A stretch of DNA of 46,462 nt from Candidatus Omnitrophota bacterium (GCA_026387475.1 JAPLLN010000038.1:1-46462), one strand, 5' to 3'. Shown: positions 18,316 through 27,246, numbered from the stretch's first letter. Made by a program: numbers and translations. The notes: generated from the sequence alone by a model not told the origin.

Positions 18316-19586
18316 CTGGCTTCTCCGACTACGAATAACGAACCGGTGACAAGAATAAGGTCGCCTTTGTTGCTTAACTTCCTAGCTAATGCCATAGCCT
18401 GCCTGACAGAATTAGTTTTATAAATATCGTCTCTTGTAAAATAAGCTGCCATTTTATTTACCGGGGCTGCCCGCGGAGTGTCAGCGCGGGTTAAAACTAC
18501 CTTATCGGCTAAAACCTTTAATTCCCCGCAGATCCCTTTTATATCCTTATCGCCGGATACACCTAAGACCAATATTAATTTTTTATATTTAAAATTGTCT
18601 TTTACCGCTTGTTTTAATACTTTGGCAGAAGCGGCGTTCTGCGCGCCGTCTAAAACGGTTAAAGGATCTTTAGATATAATTTCGCATCTTCCCGGCCACC
18701 GGGTTTTAGTTAATCCCCTGCTTATCGCCGCAGAGCTGATCCCGGCTCCCTCTTTATTTAAAACTTCAATCACTTCTGAACTAACCGCGGCGTTCATCTT
18801 TTGATGCTCGCCGATAAGGCTTAAGCTGACTTTGCTAACCCCGGGAGGGATCTTGTTTACCTGATAAAAGCGGCTCTTTTTTTCTCTACAGCGCTTGCGG
18901 ATAACATCCAGCGCTTCTTTTTTCTGGGGGGCGCAGATAAGCGGCACCCCCGGCTTGATTATCCCGGCCTTCTCTCCCGCGATTTTTCCCAGGGTCTTGC
19001 CTAATTTCTGCGTATGTTCGTAGCTTATCGGTGTGATCACCGAGGCCAGCGGAGTGGCCACATTAGTCGCATCCAGCCTCCCGCCTAAACCCGTTTCCAA
19101 AACAGCAAGGCCTACTCTTTTATCTTTAAAATACTGAAAGGCTAAAGCTGTGCAGACTTCAAAATATGTAAGCGGCCCGTATCGGGAGATTTTGTTGTAT
19201 TTTTTTATCGCCGGCCTTAGCCGGCTGACCAGATCCGCCAGATCTTTGCGGGAGATCATCCCCTCGAAGTCGGTTGTCGGTTGTCGGTTGTCGGTTGTCG
19301 GTTTAAGTATGCGTATACGTTCTCTAAAATCAACCAGGTGCGGAGAGGTATACAGCCCGACTTTGTGGCCCGCCTCCCTTAATATATAGGTAAGGAAAGC
19401 GCAGGTAGAGCCTTTGCCTTTGGAACCGGCCACATGGATGGATTTAAGGTTATCCTGGGGATTACCGACAAGAGCCAAAAATTCTCTGACCCGCTCTAAA
19501 TTAAACGAGTCTTGATACCGGTAGGTTGATAATTCTTCATAGTTGATAAAGCTTTCCAGATATCGGAGCGCTTCTTGATAAGTCAT
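18309..19586 (-). CDS. folC: Dihydrofolate / folylpolyglutamate synthase
   Basis: HVAGSKGKGS, YTSPHL, ETGLGGRLDATN, WPGRCE, TGSLFVVG. Confidence 0.95.
   Translation of the reverse strand: MTYQEALRYLESFINYEELSTYRYQDSFNLERVREFLALVGNPQDNLKSIHVAGSKGKGSTCAFLTYILREAGHKVGLYTSPHLVDFRERIRILKPTTDNRQPTTDFEGMISRKDLADLVSRLRPAIKKYNKISRYGPLTYFEVCTALAFQYFKDKRVGLAVLETGLGGRLDATNVATPLASVITPISYEHTQKLGKTLGKIAGEKAGIIKPGVPLICAPQKKEALDVIRKRCREKKSRFYQVNKIPPGVSKVSLSLIGEHQKMNAAVSSEVIEVLNKEGAGISSAAISRGLTKTRWPGRCEIISKDPLTVLDGAQNAASAKVLKQAVKDNFKYKKLILVLGVSGDKDIKGICGELKVLADKVVLTRADTPRAAPVNKMAAYFTRDDIYKTNSVRQAMALARKLSNKGDLILVTGSLFVVGEARC
19269..19303. repeat. Perfect heptamer tandem repeat (GTCGGTT)x5 inside folC
   Basis: Five exact copies counted; encodes KPTTDNRQPTTD on the minus strand. 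Confidence 0.95.
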
Positions 19587-19589
19587 GCA

Positions 19590-21149
19590 TCAATGGCGGA
19601 AATGCCTCATCCCGGTAAAGACCATGGCGATCTTATGCTTATCCGCCATTTTAATTATCGCCTCATCCGCGATAGAGCCGCCCGGCTGGATGATCGCCTT
19701 GATCTTATATTTAGCGGCTAATTGTATGGCGTCTTCTTTAGGGAAGAACGCATCCGACGCCAGGACCGCGCCGGGAGTAGCCTTTCCCGCTTTCTTGGTT
19801 GAGATAAATACGGAATCAACGCGAGACATTTGTCCCGCGCCGATGCCGACGGTCTTAGTCCCCTTGGTCAAGATAATGGCATTGGATTTTACATGCTTGG
19901 CTACTTTCCAGCCAAAGAGCAGGCTCTCCATCTCTTTCTGGGTAGGTTTCTTTTTAGTGACGACTTTCAGATTATTCATATCCAGGGTCGCCGAGTCCTT
20001 ATCCTGGAGGAGAAGGCCTCCGCTTACCCGTTTAAAATCCGTTTCTTTTATCGGCTGTAAATCATTTAACTCGAGGAGCCTTAGGTTTTTCTTATCTTTA
20101 AAAAGCTCCAAGGCGTCTTTATCAAAGCCCGGAGCAATAATACACTCTAAGAATCCGCTCTTAGCCACGACCTTGCCGGTCTTTAAGTCCATCTTGCGGT
20201 TTAATGCCACGATACCGCCGAACGCAGAAAGCTTATCGCACTTCCAGGCCTCCACGAATGCCTTATCTAGAGATTTATCTTCGGCAACACCGCACGGGTT
20301 ATTGTGCTTTACGATCACCGCCGCGGGATTCGAGAATTCCTTGATTAATTCCAAAGTGGCATTTAAATCCAGAATATTATTAAAAGATAATTCTTTTCCT
20401 TGGAGCTGTTTCAGGTTTACCACCCCTTCATTTCTTCCTTTTTCTTTGTAAAATGCGGCTTTCTGGTGGGGATTCTCGCCGTAACGTAACTTCTGGATCT
20501 TTTCAAAACTCAACGTCAGGTCTTTGGGAAAAGCAGAACCGCTATCTGTCTTGCCTTTGAAATAATTGTTAAGGTAAGAGAATATCGCCGCGTCATATTG
20601 CGAAGTCCTGCCATAAACCTCTATACCCAGGTCGCGCAATAATTCCTTAGGGAGGCTCCCTTTATTCTTCTTAAGTTCCGCGATCACCATTTCGTAGCGC
20701 GCAGGATTGCAGATAACCGCCACTGACTGATGGTTCTTAGCCGCGGAGCGCAGCATCGAAGGCCCGCCGATATCTATATTTTCGATCACTTCCTCGATTG
20801 AAACGCCCGGTTTCTGGGTGGTCTTTTCAAACGGGTACAGATTAACGACTACCATATCGATTAAGCCGATGCCGTTTCTTTTTATCGTCTCCATGTGCTC
20901 GGGGTTCTCTCTTAAAGCCAGGAGCCCGCCGTGGATCTTAGGGTGCAGGGTCTTGACCCTGCCGTCGAGCATTTCGGGAAAACCCGTATACGCCCCGACC
21001 TCGATGACTTCAACCCCGGCCTCGCGCAGCATCTTGGCTGTGCCGCCGGTAGAGAGAATCTCTACGTCAAACTTCTTTAATTCTTTGGCTAGATCCAGAA
21101 CACCGGTCTTATCGGAAACACTGATCAACGCGCGCTTAATCTTAACCAT
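19590..21149 (-). CDS. purH: Bifunctional AICAR transformylase / IMP cyclohydrolase
   Basis: RALISVSDK, GRVKTLHP, LRYGENPHQ, KHNNPCG, SDAFFP, RHFRH. Confidence 0.98.
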   Translation of the reverse strand: MVKIKRALISVSDKTGVLDLAKELKKFDVEILSTGGTAKMLREAGVEVIEVGAYTGFPEMLDGRVKTLHPKIHGGLLALRENPEHMETIKRNGIGLIDMVVVNLYPFEKTTQKPGVSIEEVIENIDIGGPSMLRSAAKNHQSVAVICNPARYEMVIAELKKNKGSLPKELLRDLGIEVYGRTSQYDAAIFSYLNNYFKGKTDSGSAFPKDLTLSFEKIQKLRYGENPHQKAAFYKEKGRNEGVVNLKQLQGKELSFNNILDLNATLELIKEFSNPAAVIVKHNNPCGVAEDKSLDKAFVEAWKCDKLSAFGGIVALNRKMDLKTGKVVAKSGFLECIIAPGFDKDALELFKDKKNLRLLELNDLQPIKETDFKRVSGGLLLQDKDSATLDMNNLKVVTKKKPTQKEMESLLFGWKVAKHVKSNAIILTKGTKTVGIGAGQMSRVDSVFISTKKAGKATPGAVLASDAFFPKEDAIQLAAKYKIKAIIQPGGSIADEAIIKMADKHKIAMVFTGMRHFRH

Positions 21150-21171
21150 TTCCTCTCCTTTTAATATTGAA

Positions 21172-21873
21172 TTATTTGTTAAAGCGGAAGTTAACGAGGT
21201 CCGTATCCTGCATCACATATTCTTTCTGCTCTAATCGTAATTTTCCCGCCTGCTTGGCCCGCGACTCTCCGCCGCAAGACATAAAATCCGCGAAACTTAT
21301 TATCTCGGCGCGGATAAAACCCTGCTGGATATCGGAATGTATTGTCCCGGCTGCTTCCCAGGCAGTAGTCCCTTTTCTAATCAGCCAGGCGCGGGTCTCT
21401 TTCTCTCCGGTGGTAAAGAAACTGATATAATTGCTCTCTTTTAAACATCTCGCCAAGAGCCCGTTGATATCTTCTAAATCCTGGGGAACGGCCACCGTGA
21501 CCGGCCGCAGCGTATAAAGCCCGAAGGCGGCAATGATCTTTTTCTGCGCCTCGTCCAGCGCCACCGTTGAGACGAATTCTTCCTTTTCCAGTGCGGCCTT
21601 AAATTTGTTCAATATTACTTTCTCCGCTTCGTCGCTGGCGCGCGAGAGGCGGGTCTCCACAAACTCCAGGTCATTGAGGATCAGGTCCATGCGGGAGTCT
21701 TTGCCTACGATTATTCCGTCGGAATCCAAAGCCTCTTTTTCGCCTACTACTTCTACCTGCACATAAGTCTTCTTCTTGGCCTTAGTGATGCTGTCGACTT
21801 CGTCAAGCCGGGGATCTTTGATATTGTGTTTGCCCGGGTTAATTCCCGGGATGGAATGAACGCTTATCTTCAT
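21172..21873 (-). CDS. YchF-derived protein (DUF933/TGS domain) lacking the P-loop
   Basis: FFTTGEKETRAW, AAGTIHSD, GFIRAE, GKLRLE, FRFN retained; no GxxxxGKS/T or DxxG in the G-domain position; 233 aa. Confidence 0.85.
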   Translation of the reverse strand: MKISVHSIPGINPGKHNIKDPRLDEVDSITKAKKKTYVQVEVVGEKEALDSDGIIVGKDSRMDLILNDLEFVETRLSRASDEAEKVILNKFKAALEKEEFVSTVALDEAQKKIIAAFGLYTLRPVTVAVPQDLEDINGLLARCLKESNYISFFTTGEKETRAWLIRKGTTAWEAAGTIHSDIQQGFIRAEIISFADFMSCGGESRAKQAGKLRLEQKEYVMQDTDLVNFRFNK

Positions 21874-21881
21874 AGATATAA

Positions 21882-23837
21882 TTAGGCTTCTTCCTGTTTT
21901 TTGGTTGCTTGGTATTTTACGATGATCGGCTGGGCGATCTTATGCGGAACCTCTTCGTAATGCGAGAAACGCATAATATACATCCCCCTGCCTCCGGTTA
22001 TGGAGCGCAGGTCATTGGCATATTTAAACATTTCGGACAAAGGAATCTGGGCCTTGACTACCTGGGACCTTCCCTTGACATCCATTCCCATTACCCTTCC
22101 GCGCCGGGAATTGATATCCCCGGAAATAGCCCCGAGGAATTCTTCGGGGATGCTTATTTCAACATCCATTATAGGCTCAAGCAGGACCGGCCCGGCCTCA
22201 TTGACCGCTTTTCTTAAGGCCATAGCCCCGGCGATCTGAAAGGCCATATCCGATGAATCCACGTCGTGGTACGAGCCGTCGAAGAGTGTAACGCGTATAT
22301 CTTCGATAGGATAACCCGCGACCGCGCCTTCAAGAGCAGCCTGACGCACGCCTTTTTCAGCCGAGGGGATAAAGTTCCTGGGGATAGCCCCCCCGAATAC
22401 CTTATCTACGAACTCCACGCCTTTGCCTCTCTCCAGCGGCTGGACCTCGATCCAGACATCGCCGTATTGGCCGCGGCCACCTGACTGGCGCTTGAATTTT
22501 CCCTGCACCTTGGTGCTCTTAGTAATAGTTTCTTTATAAGAAACTTTGGGCGTGCCTAATTCCACCTGCACGTTAAACCGTTTCTTAAGGCGCCCCACCA
22601 TGACCGCAAGATGCTGATCACCCATTCCGGAAATAATCAGTTCTTTGGTCTGCGGGTCATGCGTGAATTTAAAAGTCGGGTCTTCCGCGCAGAGCTTATG
22701 CAGGGCATCGGATATCTTTTCTTCGTCTTCGCGGGTCTTTGGTTTTACCGAAGCCGAGATCGAGGCCTCGGGGAAAACTACCGCCGGAAATAAAAACTGC
22801 TCCTTATCCTGCGAGACCGAATCCGACATCCCTGTCTCTTTAAGTTTGGCGATGGCGATGATATCACCGCACCCGGCGGAATCTATCTGCCTCTGCTCTT
22901 TACCCTGCAGTATAAAGATCGAACCTATCCTCTCCTTGATCTTCTTGCTGACGTTGTAAAATCCGGTATTGGGAGCCAGCTGCCCGGAGAAGACCCTTAA
23001 CAATGTGAGCTGTCCGACGTAAGGGTCGGATATATTCTTAAAGACAAACGCCGAAAACGGGGCGCTGTCGCTAAACACCACTTCTTTTGCGCTCTCCGGC
23101 TTTAACCCGTCTTTTGCCTCTATCGCAGGGCGCATACCCGGATCAGGCAGATACTGCACGATATCTTCGATCAGGTCCTGAATGCCTTTATCCGCCGCGG
23201 CCGAGCCCGTTACAATGGGAAAGAGCTTGCGTTTGACTACCGCCTGCGCCAGGCCGCTCTTTATCTCTTCCTGCGACAACTTCATCACTTCCAGGTATTT
23301 CTCCAGCAGTTTATCGTCGCTTTCGGCGATAGCCTCCATCAGGTCCGGGTCTTCAAGTGAATCGATTATCAAACAGCTCTTGGAAAAATTCGATTTTAAC
23401 CCTGCGACCACCTTATTCACGTCAACGTCGGGCTTATCTATTTTATTGATAAAGATGATCGCCGGCAGATTCATCTCCTCCGCCATGGCCCAGGCGCGCT
23501 CCGTCCCCACTTCTATCCCGGCGGAGGCGTCGACGACGATCACCGCGCTGTCGACTGCACGCGACGCAGAGATCATCTCCGCGCAGAAATCCGCGTAACC
23601 CGGGGTATCGATAAACTGCAGGCGCGCGCCTTTATATTCGCAAAAGAGCAGGCTTAAATTTATGGAGTTTTTTCTTTCGATCTCGTCGAAGCTGTAGTCG
23701 CTGACGGTAGTCCCGTCTTCCACCCTTCCTTTTCTGGTGGTGGCTTTACAGAAATAAAGCAGGCTTTCGGCAAGGGTTGTTTTTCCTGAGTGGGCATGGC
23801 CTAAGAGGATAAAATTTCTTTTAAACTTGGCGTCCAT
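21882..23837 (-). CDS. Elongation factor G-like paralogue (EF-G2 type)
   Basis: GHAHSGKTT, DTPGY, NKID, RQSGGRGQYG, DGSYHDVDSS. Start moved to ATG at 23837, which has an AAGGAG RBS. Confidence 0.92.
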   Translation of the reverse strand: MDAKFKRNFILLGHAHSGKTTLAESLLYFCKATTRKGRVEDGTTVSDYSFDEIERKNSINLSLLFCEYKGARLQFIDTPGYADFCAEMISASRAVDSAVIVVDASAGIEVGTERAWAMAEEMNLPAIIFINKIDKPDVDVNKVVAGLKSNFSKSCLIIDSLEDPDLMEAIAESDDKLLEKYLEVMKLSQEEIKSGLAQAVVKRKLFPIVTGSAAADKGIQDLIEDIVQYLPDPGMRPAIEAKDGLKPESAKEVVFSDSAPFSAFVFKNISDPYVGQLTLLRVFSGQLAPNTGFYNVSKKIKERIGSIFILQGKEQRQIDSAGCGDIIAIAKLKETGMSDSVSQDKEQFLFPAVVFPEASISASVKPKTREDEEKISDALHKLCAEDPTFKFTHDPQTKELIISGMGDQHLAVMVGRLKKRFNVQVELGTPKVSYKETITKSTKVQGKFKRQSGGRGQYGDVWIEVQPLERGKGVEFVDKVFGGAIPRNFIPSAEKGVRQAALEGAVAGYPIEDIRVTLFDGSYHDVDSSDMAFQIAGAMALRKAVNEAGPVLLEPIMDVEISIPEEFLGAISGDINSRRGRVMGMDVKGRSQVVKAQIPLSEMFKYANDLRSITGGRGMYIMRFSHYEEVPHKIAQPIIVKYQATKKQEEA

Positions 23838-23880
23838 TGCAGGCACTCCTTGTTAACAAAGTATTCTGGCGGGAGAAAAT

Positions 23881-23909
23881 ATTATATAATGCCGGCGTTT
23901 GAGGGTCAA
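23881..23909 (-). promoter_or_regulatory. Sigma70 promoter for the EF-G2/purH/folC run
   Basis: TTGACC-N17-TATAAT. Confidence 0.7.
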
Positions 23910-23927
23910 GGCTAAATTAGGCGGGGA

Positions 23928-25112
23928 TTATTCCAGGTAAGTGTAAATTTTACCTTTGTAGTTACGCAGGACGTATTTTCCTTTCGCCTGCGAAAGGATA
24001 TAATTCGGGCCGACGGGGATCTTCCCGCCGCCTCCGGGCCCGTCTATTACGTAAGTGGGCACGGCGTATCCTGAAGTGTGTCCTCGCAATTTTTCAATGA
24101 TGTTAATACCAACGGCAACGGGGGTGCGGAAATGCTGGGTCCCGCGCACAGGGTCACATTGATATATGTAATACGGCCTGACCCGGATCTGAAGAAGCTC
24201 ATGCACCAGTTTCTTCATGATATACGGCCGGTCATTGATGCCTTTTAATAACACGGTCTGGCTCCCTAAAGGAATGCCGGCTTCCGAAAGCATATCGCAG
24301 GCGAGTTTGCAGCGCTTAGTGATCTCTTTGGGATGATTAAAATGTATGCTCATCCAGACAGGAGAATATTTCTTAAGCATGTTCGCCAAACCCTCGGTTA
24401 TCCTCTGGGGAAGCGTAACCGGGACGCGCGTGCCTATCCTTAAGAATTCTACGTGGGATATTTCGCGTATCCTGCTGACAAGGATCTCCAAAACATCGTC
24501 TTCCAGGGTCAGCGGGTCTCCTGCGGAGATCAGGACGTCCCTGACCTTTCTGTTCGCTTTGATATATTCGATAGCGGCGTCGAATTTTGACGCCGAGTTG
24601 TCTTCTTTTTCGTGTTCCCCAACCAGCCTTCTCCTGGTGCAATGGCGGCAATACATGGCGCAATGATCGGTTGCAAGCAAGAGTACCCTGTCCGGATAAC
24701 GGTGCACCAGATGGGGCGCCGGTGAATCGCGGTCCTCGGCGCAAGGGTCGACCATTTCATGCGGGGCGACTATTGATTCGGCAGCGACGGGGACTGCCTG
24801 CCTTCTGATCGGACACGCGGGGTCTTCCGGGTCGATAAGAGTGGCCCAATAAGGAGTGATCGCCAGAGAGAGCCTCCCTTTGGCTTTATCGAGGCCCTTT
24901 TCTTCTTCGGGGGTCAATTTTATTATTTGAGATAACTCATCCTTGGAGCGTATTCTGTGTTTTAACTGCCAATGCCAGTCTTCCCAGTCCAGAGGATTGA
25001 CGTCTTTGTAAAGCGATATCTGCTGATAATCGCGCTGCCTCCTCGATGAACGCGCGGGCGCTGCTATTTCGGCTTGTGTCTTCTGATTTTCGGTTAAAGT
25101 AGGGTTACTCAA
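23928..25112 (-). CDS. kamA: KamA family radical SAM aminomutase (lysine 2,3-aminomutase-like)
   Basis: HRYPDRVLL, CAMYCRHC, HFNHP, QTVLLKGIND, PYYIYQCD, GGGGKIP (PLP lysine). Confidence 0.93.
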   Translation of the reverse strand: MSNPTLTENQKTQAEIAAPARSSRRQRDYQQISLYKDVNPLDWEDWHWQLKHRIRSKDELSQIIKLTPEEEKGLDKAKGRLSLAITPYWATLIDPEDPACPIRRQAVPVAAESIVAPHEMVDPCAEDRDSPAPHLVHRYPDRVLLLATDHCAMYCRHCTRRRLVGEHEKEDNSASKFDAAIEYIKANRKVRDVLISAGDPLTLEDDVLEILVSRIREISHVEFLRIGTRVPVTLPQRITEGLANMLKKYSPVWMSIHFNHPKEITKRCKLACDMLSEAGIPLGSQTVLLKGINDRPYIMKKLVHELLQIRVRPYYIYQCDPVRGTQHFRTPVAVGINIIEKLRGHTSGYAVPTYVIDGPGGGGKIPVGPNYILSQAKGKYVLRNYKGKIYTYLE

Positions 25113-26110
25113 TTCAACCTCTCCCTTTCGTGAGCGCTCAACAATATCGCTTCAATAAGGTCTTCGTAATTCATCCCCGCGGCATATGCCATAAGCGGGA
25201 AATTAGATTCCTTGGGGTCTAACCCCGGAAGGGGGTTTATCTCCAAAACGTAAGGCACATTAAATTTATCCAGCCGTATATCGGTGCGCGATATATCAAG
25301 ACAGCCTACGGCGCGATGCGTTTTAAGCGCTACCTCTTTTACCCGCGCCTCGGTTGCCTTATCTAAACGCGCCGGGCAATGAAAAGTCGGGACCAACCCC
25401 AGCTCGCGGTTACCCTGAAACTCTTTCATCCTCCAGGAATAAAAATATTCGCCGCTGTCTTTGCAATTTGAGAAATCTATCTCAAGCACCGGGAGGATCT
25501 CGACCTTGCCGTTTTCCAGAATACCGACGGTAAGCTCCCTGCCTTCGATAAACTCTTCTACCAGCGCCTCCTGGCGGTATAAATCAATAATCTCCCGGAC
25601 CTTAGTATAAAGCTCTTCCTTATTCCGTACCACGTTCGATTTATTTATTCCCTTAGCCGAACCCTCGCAATTAGGCTTTACGATCAGGGGAAATTTTAAT
25701 TCCGCGCTGAGTTCTTCGTCGCCTTTTGAAAAAAGCTGAAAATCAGGAGTAGGGATATTTTCCGCCTTCAATATTTTCTTAGTAGTGGTCTTATTCATGG
25801 CCAACGCCAGCGAAAAGGCCTTTGAACCGGTGTAGGGGATATCCAGATAATCGAGTATGGCCGGCATCTGCGACTCGCGGAACTTGCCACGCTCGCCCTC
25901 CGCGATATTAAAAACCATATCCACCTGGCTCTTACGGAAAAACGAGACCAGGTCAGGGCGTCCCATATCTACCGCCTCCACGACATGCCCGCGCTTTTCT
26001 AACGCCCCCATTATCGCGTTAATGGTCTGCTCGGAATCGCACTCCGAGAAATAATCCGCCGGCTTATTCTCGTCCTTCTTTTTTAAATTATAGGTCAGGG
26101 CTACTTTCAT
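25109..26110 (-). CDS. D-Ala-D-Ala ligase-like ATP-grasp enzyme (copy 2)
   Basis: FNIAEG, RESQMP, PLIVKP..EGSAKG, EEFIEGRE, RTDIR, LEINPLPG. Confidence 0.9.
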   Translation of the reverse strand: MKVALTYNLKKKDENKPADYFSECDSEQTINAIMGALEKRGHVVEAVDMGRPDLVSFFRKSQVDMVFNIAEGERGKFRESQMPAILDYLDIPYTGSKAFSLALAMNKTTTKKILKAENIPTPDFQLFSKGDEELSAELKFPLIVKPNCEGSAKGINKSNVVRNKEELYTKVREIIDLYRQEALVEEFIEGRELTVGILENGKVEILPVLEIDFSNCKDSGEYFYSWRMKEFQGNRELGLVPTFHCPARLDKATEARVKEVALKTHRAVGCLDISRTDIRLDKFNVPYVLEINPLPGLDPKESNFPLMAYAAGMNYEDLIEAILLSAHERERLN

Positions 26111-27099
26111 TTTATGTTGTATCTTTTTAAAGCGCTGTTAAGTATCTTGCCGATCATCTGTTCATAGGTGATCCCCTGCACTTTGGCAATAAGCATAAAG
26201 ACATCTTCGGTCGACAGAGACGGGAGCGGATTGATCTCTAACACAAAAGGATTACCCGCTTTATCGACGCGGAAGTCCACTCTTCCGAAGTCAAGCGAGT
26301 CTACCGCTTTATAGACCATTAAAGCGTAATCCTGCATCTGCTTAGTCAGTTTCGCGCTTATCGGCGCGGGGCAGACATATTCCAATCTATCGGAGGTGAT
26401 GCGCGCGAAGGTATAGAATTTTTCGTCCAGGTCGAGGCTACCGTCTATCTTTACCTGCACCACGGGTAAAACCTGCGCAGGGTCATTCCCGACGATAGCT
26501 ACCGTAAATTCCTGTCCGGTAATGAACTCTTCGATCAGGGCCGGCTGTTTATAAGTTTTAGTGATCAGGTCAACCTGACGCTCCAGCTCTTTGCTATTAG
26601 CAACGCGGGAGTTATCGCTTAGGCCTTTAGATGAACCTTCAAAACGCGGCTTGACGATCATCGGGAATTTCAAATGATCCAGATCGGCGAGCTTTGCGCT
26701 GGAGTCGACTTCCATGAATTTCGGCGTAGGTATTCCCTCGGCGATAAATACCTTCTTGGCCATGACCTTGTCCAGGGTAAGTCCCAGGGTAAGGGCATCG
26801 GAGCCCACAAAAGGAATGCCGGCCATCTCTAAAAGAATAGGGACCTGCGATTCGCGGTTCCTGCCTAAGGTGTGGCCTTCGGAGATATTAAAGACGATGT
26901 CTACTTTAAGCGAATTCAACCTCTCCAGCAGATTCGAGGCATTCCCGATACGCTCCACGACAAAACCGTTAGCCTCGATAGCATTCGCGATCACGTCTAT
27001 CGTGGAGATATGGTCGAATTCGGCGTTGGCGTCCGGCGGGTCTCCCGGCTTAAACTGGTAATCTGTCTTTAAATCGTAAGTTAATCCTACTTTTTTCAT
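26107..27099 (-). CDS. D-Ala-D-Ala ligase-like ATP-grasp enzyme (copy 1)
   Basis: FNISEG, RESQVP, IVKP..EGSSKG, EEFITGQE, RVDFR, LEINPLPS. Confidence 0.9.
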   Translation of the reverse strand: MKKVGLTYDLKTDYQFKPGDPPDANAEFDHISTIDVIANAIEANGFVVERIGNASNLLERLNSLKVDIVFNISEGHTLGRNRESQVPILLEMAGIPFVGSDALTLGLTLDKVMAKKVFIAEGIPTPKFMEVDSSAKLADLDHLKFPMIVKPRFEGSSKGLSDNSRVANSKELERQVDLITKTYKQPALIEEFITGQEFTVAIVGNDPAQVLPVVQVKIDGSLDLDEKFYTFARITSDRLEYVCPAPISAKLTKQMQDYALMVYKAVDSLDFGRVDFRVDKAGNPFVLEINPLPSLSTEDVFMLIAKVQGITYEQMIGKILNSALKRYNIK

Positions 27100-27164
27100 A
27101 GATTATAAATAAAAAAGGGCTCTTGCTGCCTTAAGAGAGCCCTGCGGATATCCTTATTTTCCAA
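27096..27164 (-). CDS. Putative 22-aa leader uORF (MENKDIRRALLRQQEPFFIYNL)
   Basis: TTG start 13 nt after GGAGG; spans the terminator; TGA overlaps the ATG of the ATP-grasp gene (ATGA). Confidence 0.3.
   Translation of the reverse strand: MENKDIRRALLRQQEPFFIYNL
27111..27143 (-). terminator. Intrinsic terminator / attenuator hairpin
   Basis: AGGGCTCT-N12-AGAGCCCT followed by a T-run, ending about 11 nt before the start codon at 27099. Confidence 0.75.
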
Positions 27165-27191
27165 TTTATTCTAAACGCCTCCGGAAATTTC

Positions 27192-27246
27192 GCACAAAAT
27201 ATTGTAATTACGATAATATTTTTCCACAATATATAGATATTGTCAA
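27192..27246 (-). promoter_or_regulatory. Tandem NrdR-box-like sites overlapping a promoter (TTGACA at 27246-27241)
   Basis: gcaCAAAATATTGtaa (27192-27207) and ccaCAATATATAGata (27224-27239), 32 bp apart; consensus acaCwAtATaTwGtgt. The -10 element is weak. Confidence 0.6.

Noticed and set aside
19269-19303. CRISPR array
   Set aside because: No spacers, unit only 7 nt, and no cas genes; no CRISPR array was seen anywhere in the window.
17225-20451. 271-aa and 288-aa plus-strand ORFs and other antisense ORFs in the track
   Set aside because: They mirror mnmE, purH and other well-supported minus-strand genes and have Ser/Phe/Ile-rich shadow composition.
21882-25112. KamA/ATP-grasp modifying the adjacent EF-G2, by analogy with EF-P beta-lysylation
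   Set aside because: A separate TTGACC-N17-TATAAT promoter lies between kamA and the EF-G gene; adjacency is the only support.
25109-27099. Calling the ligases ddl or van resistance genes
   Set aside because: No N-terminal GGxSxE motif, no mur or van context, and they are coupled to kamA.
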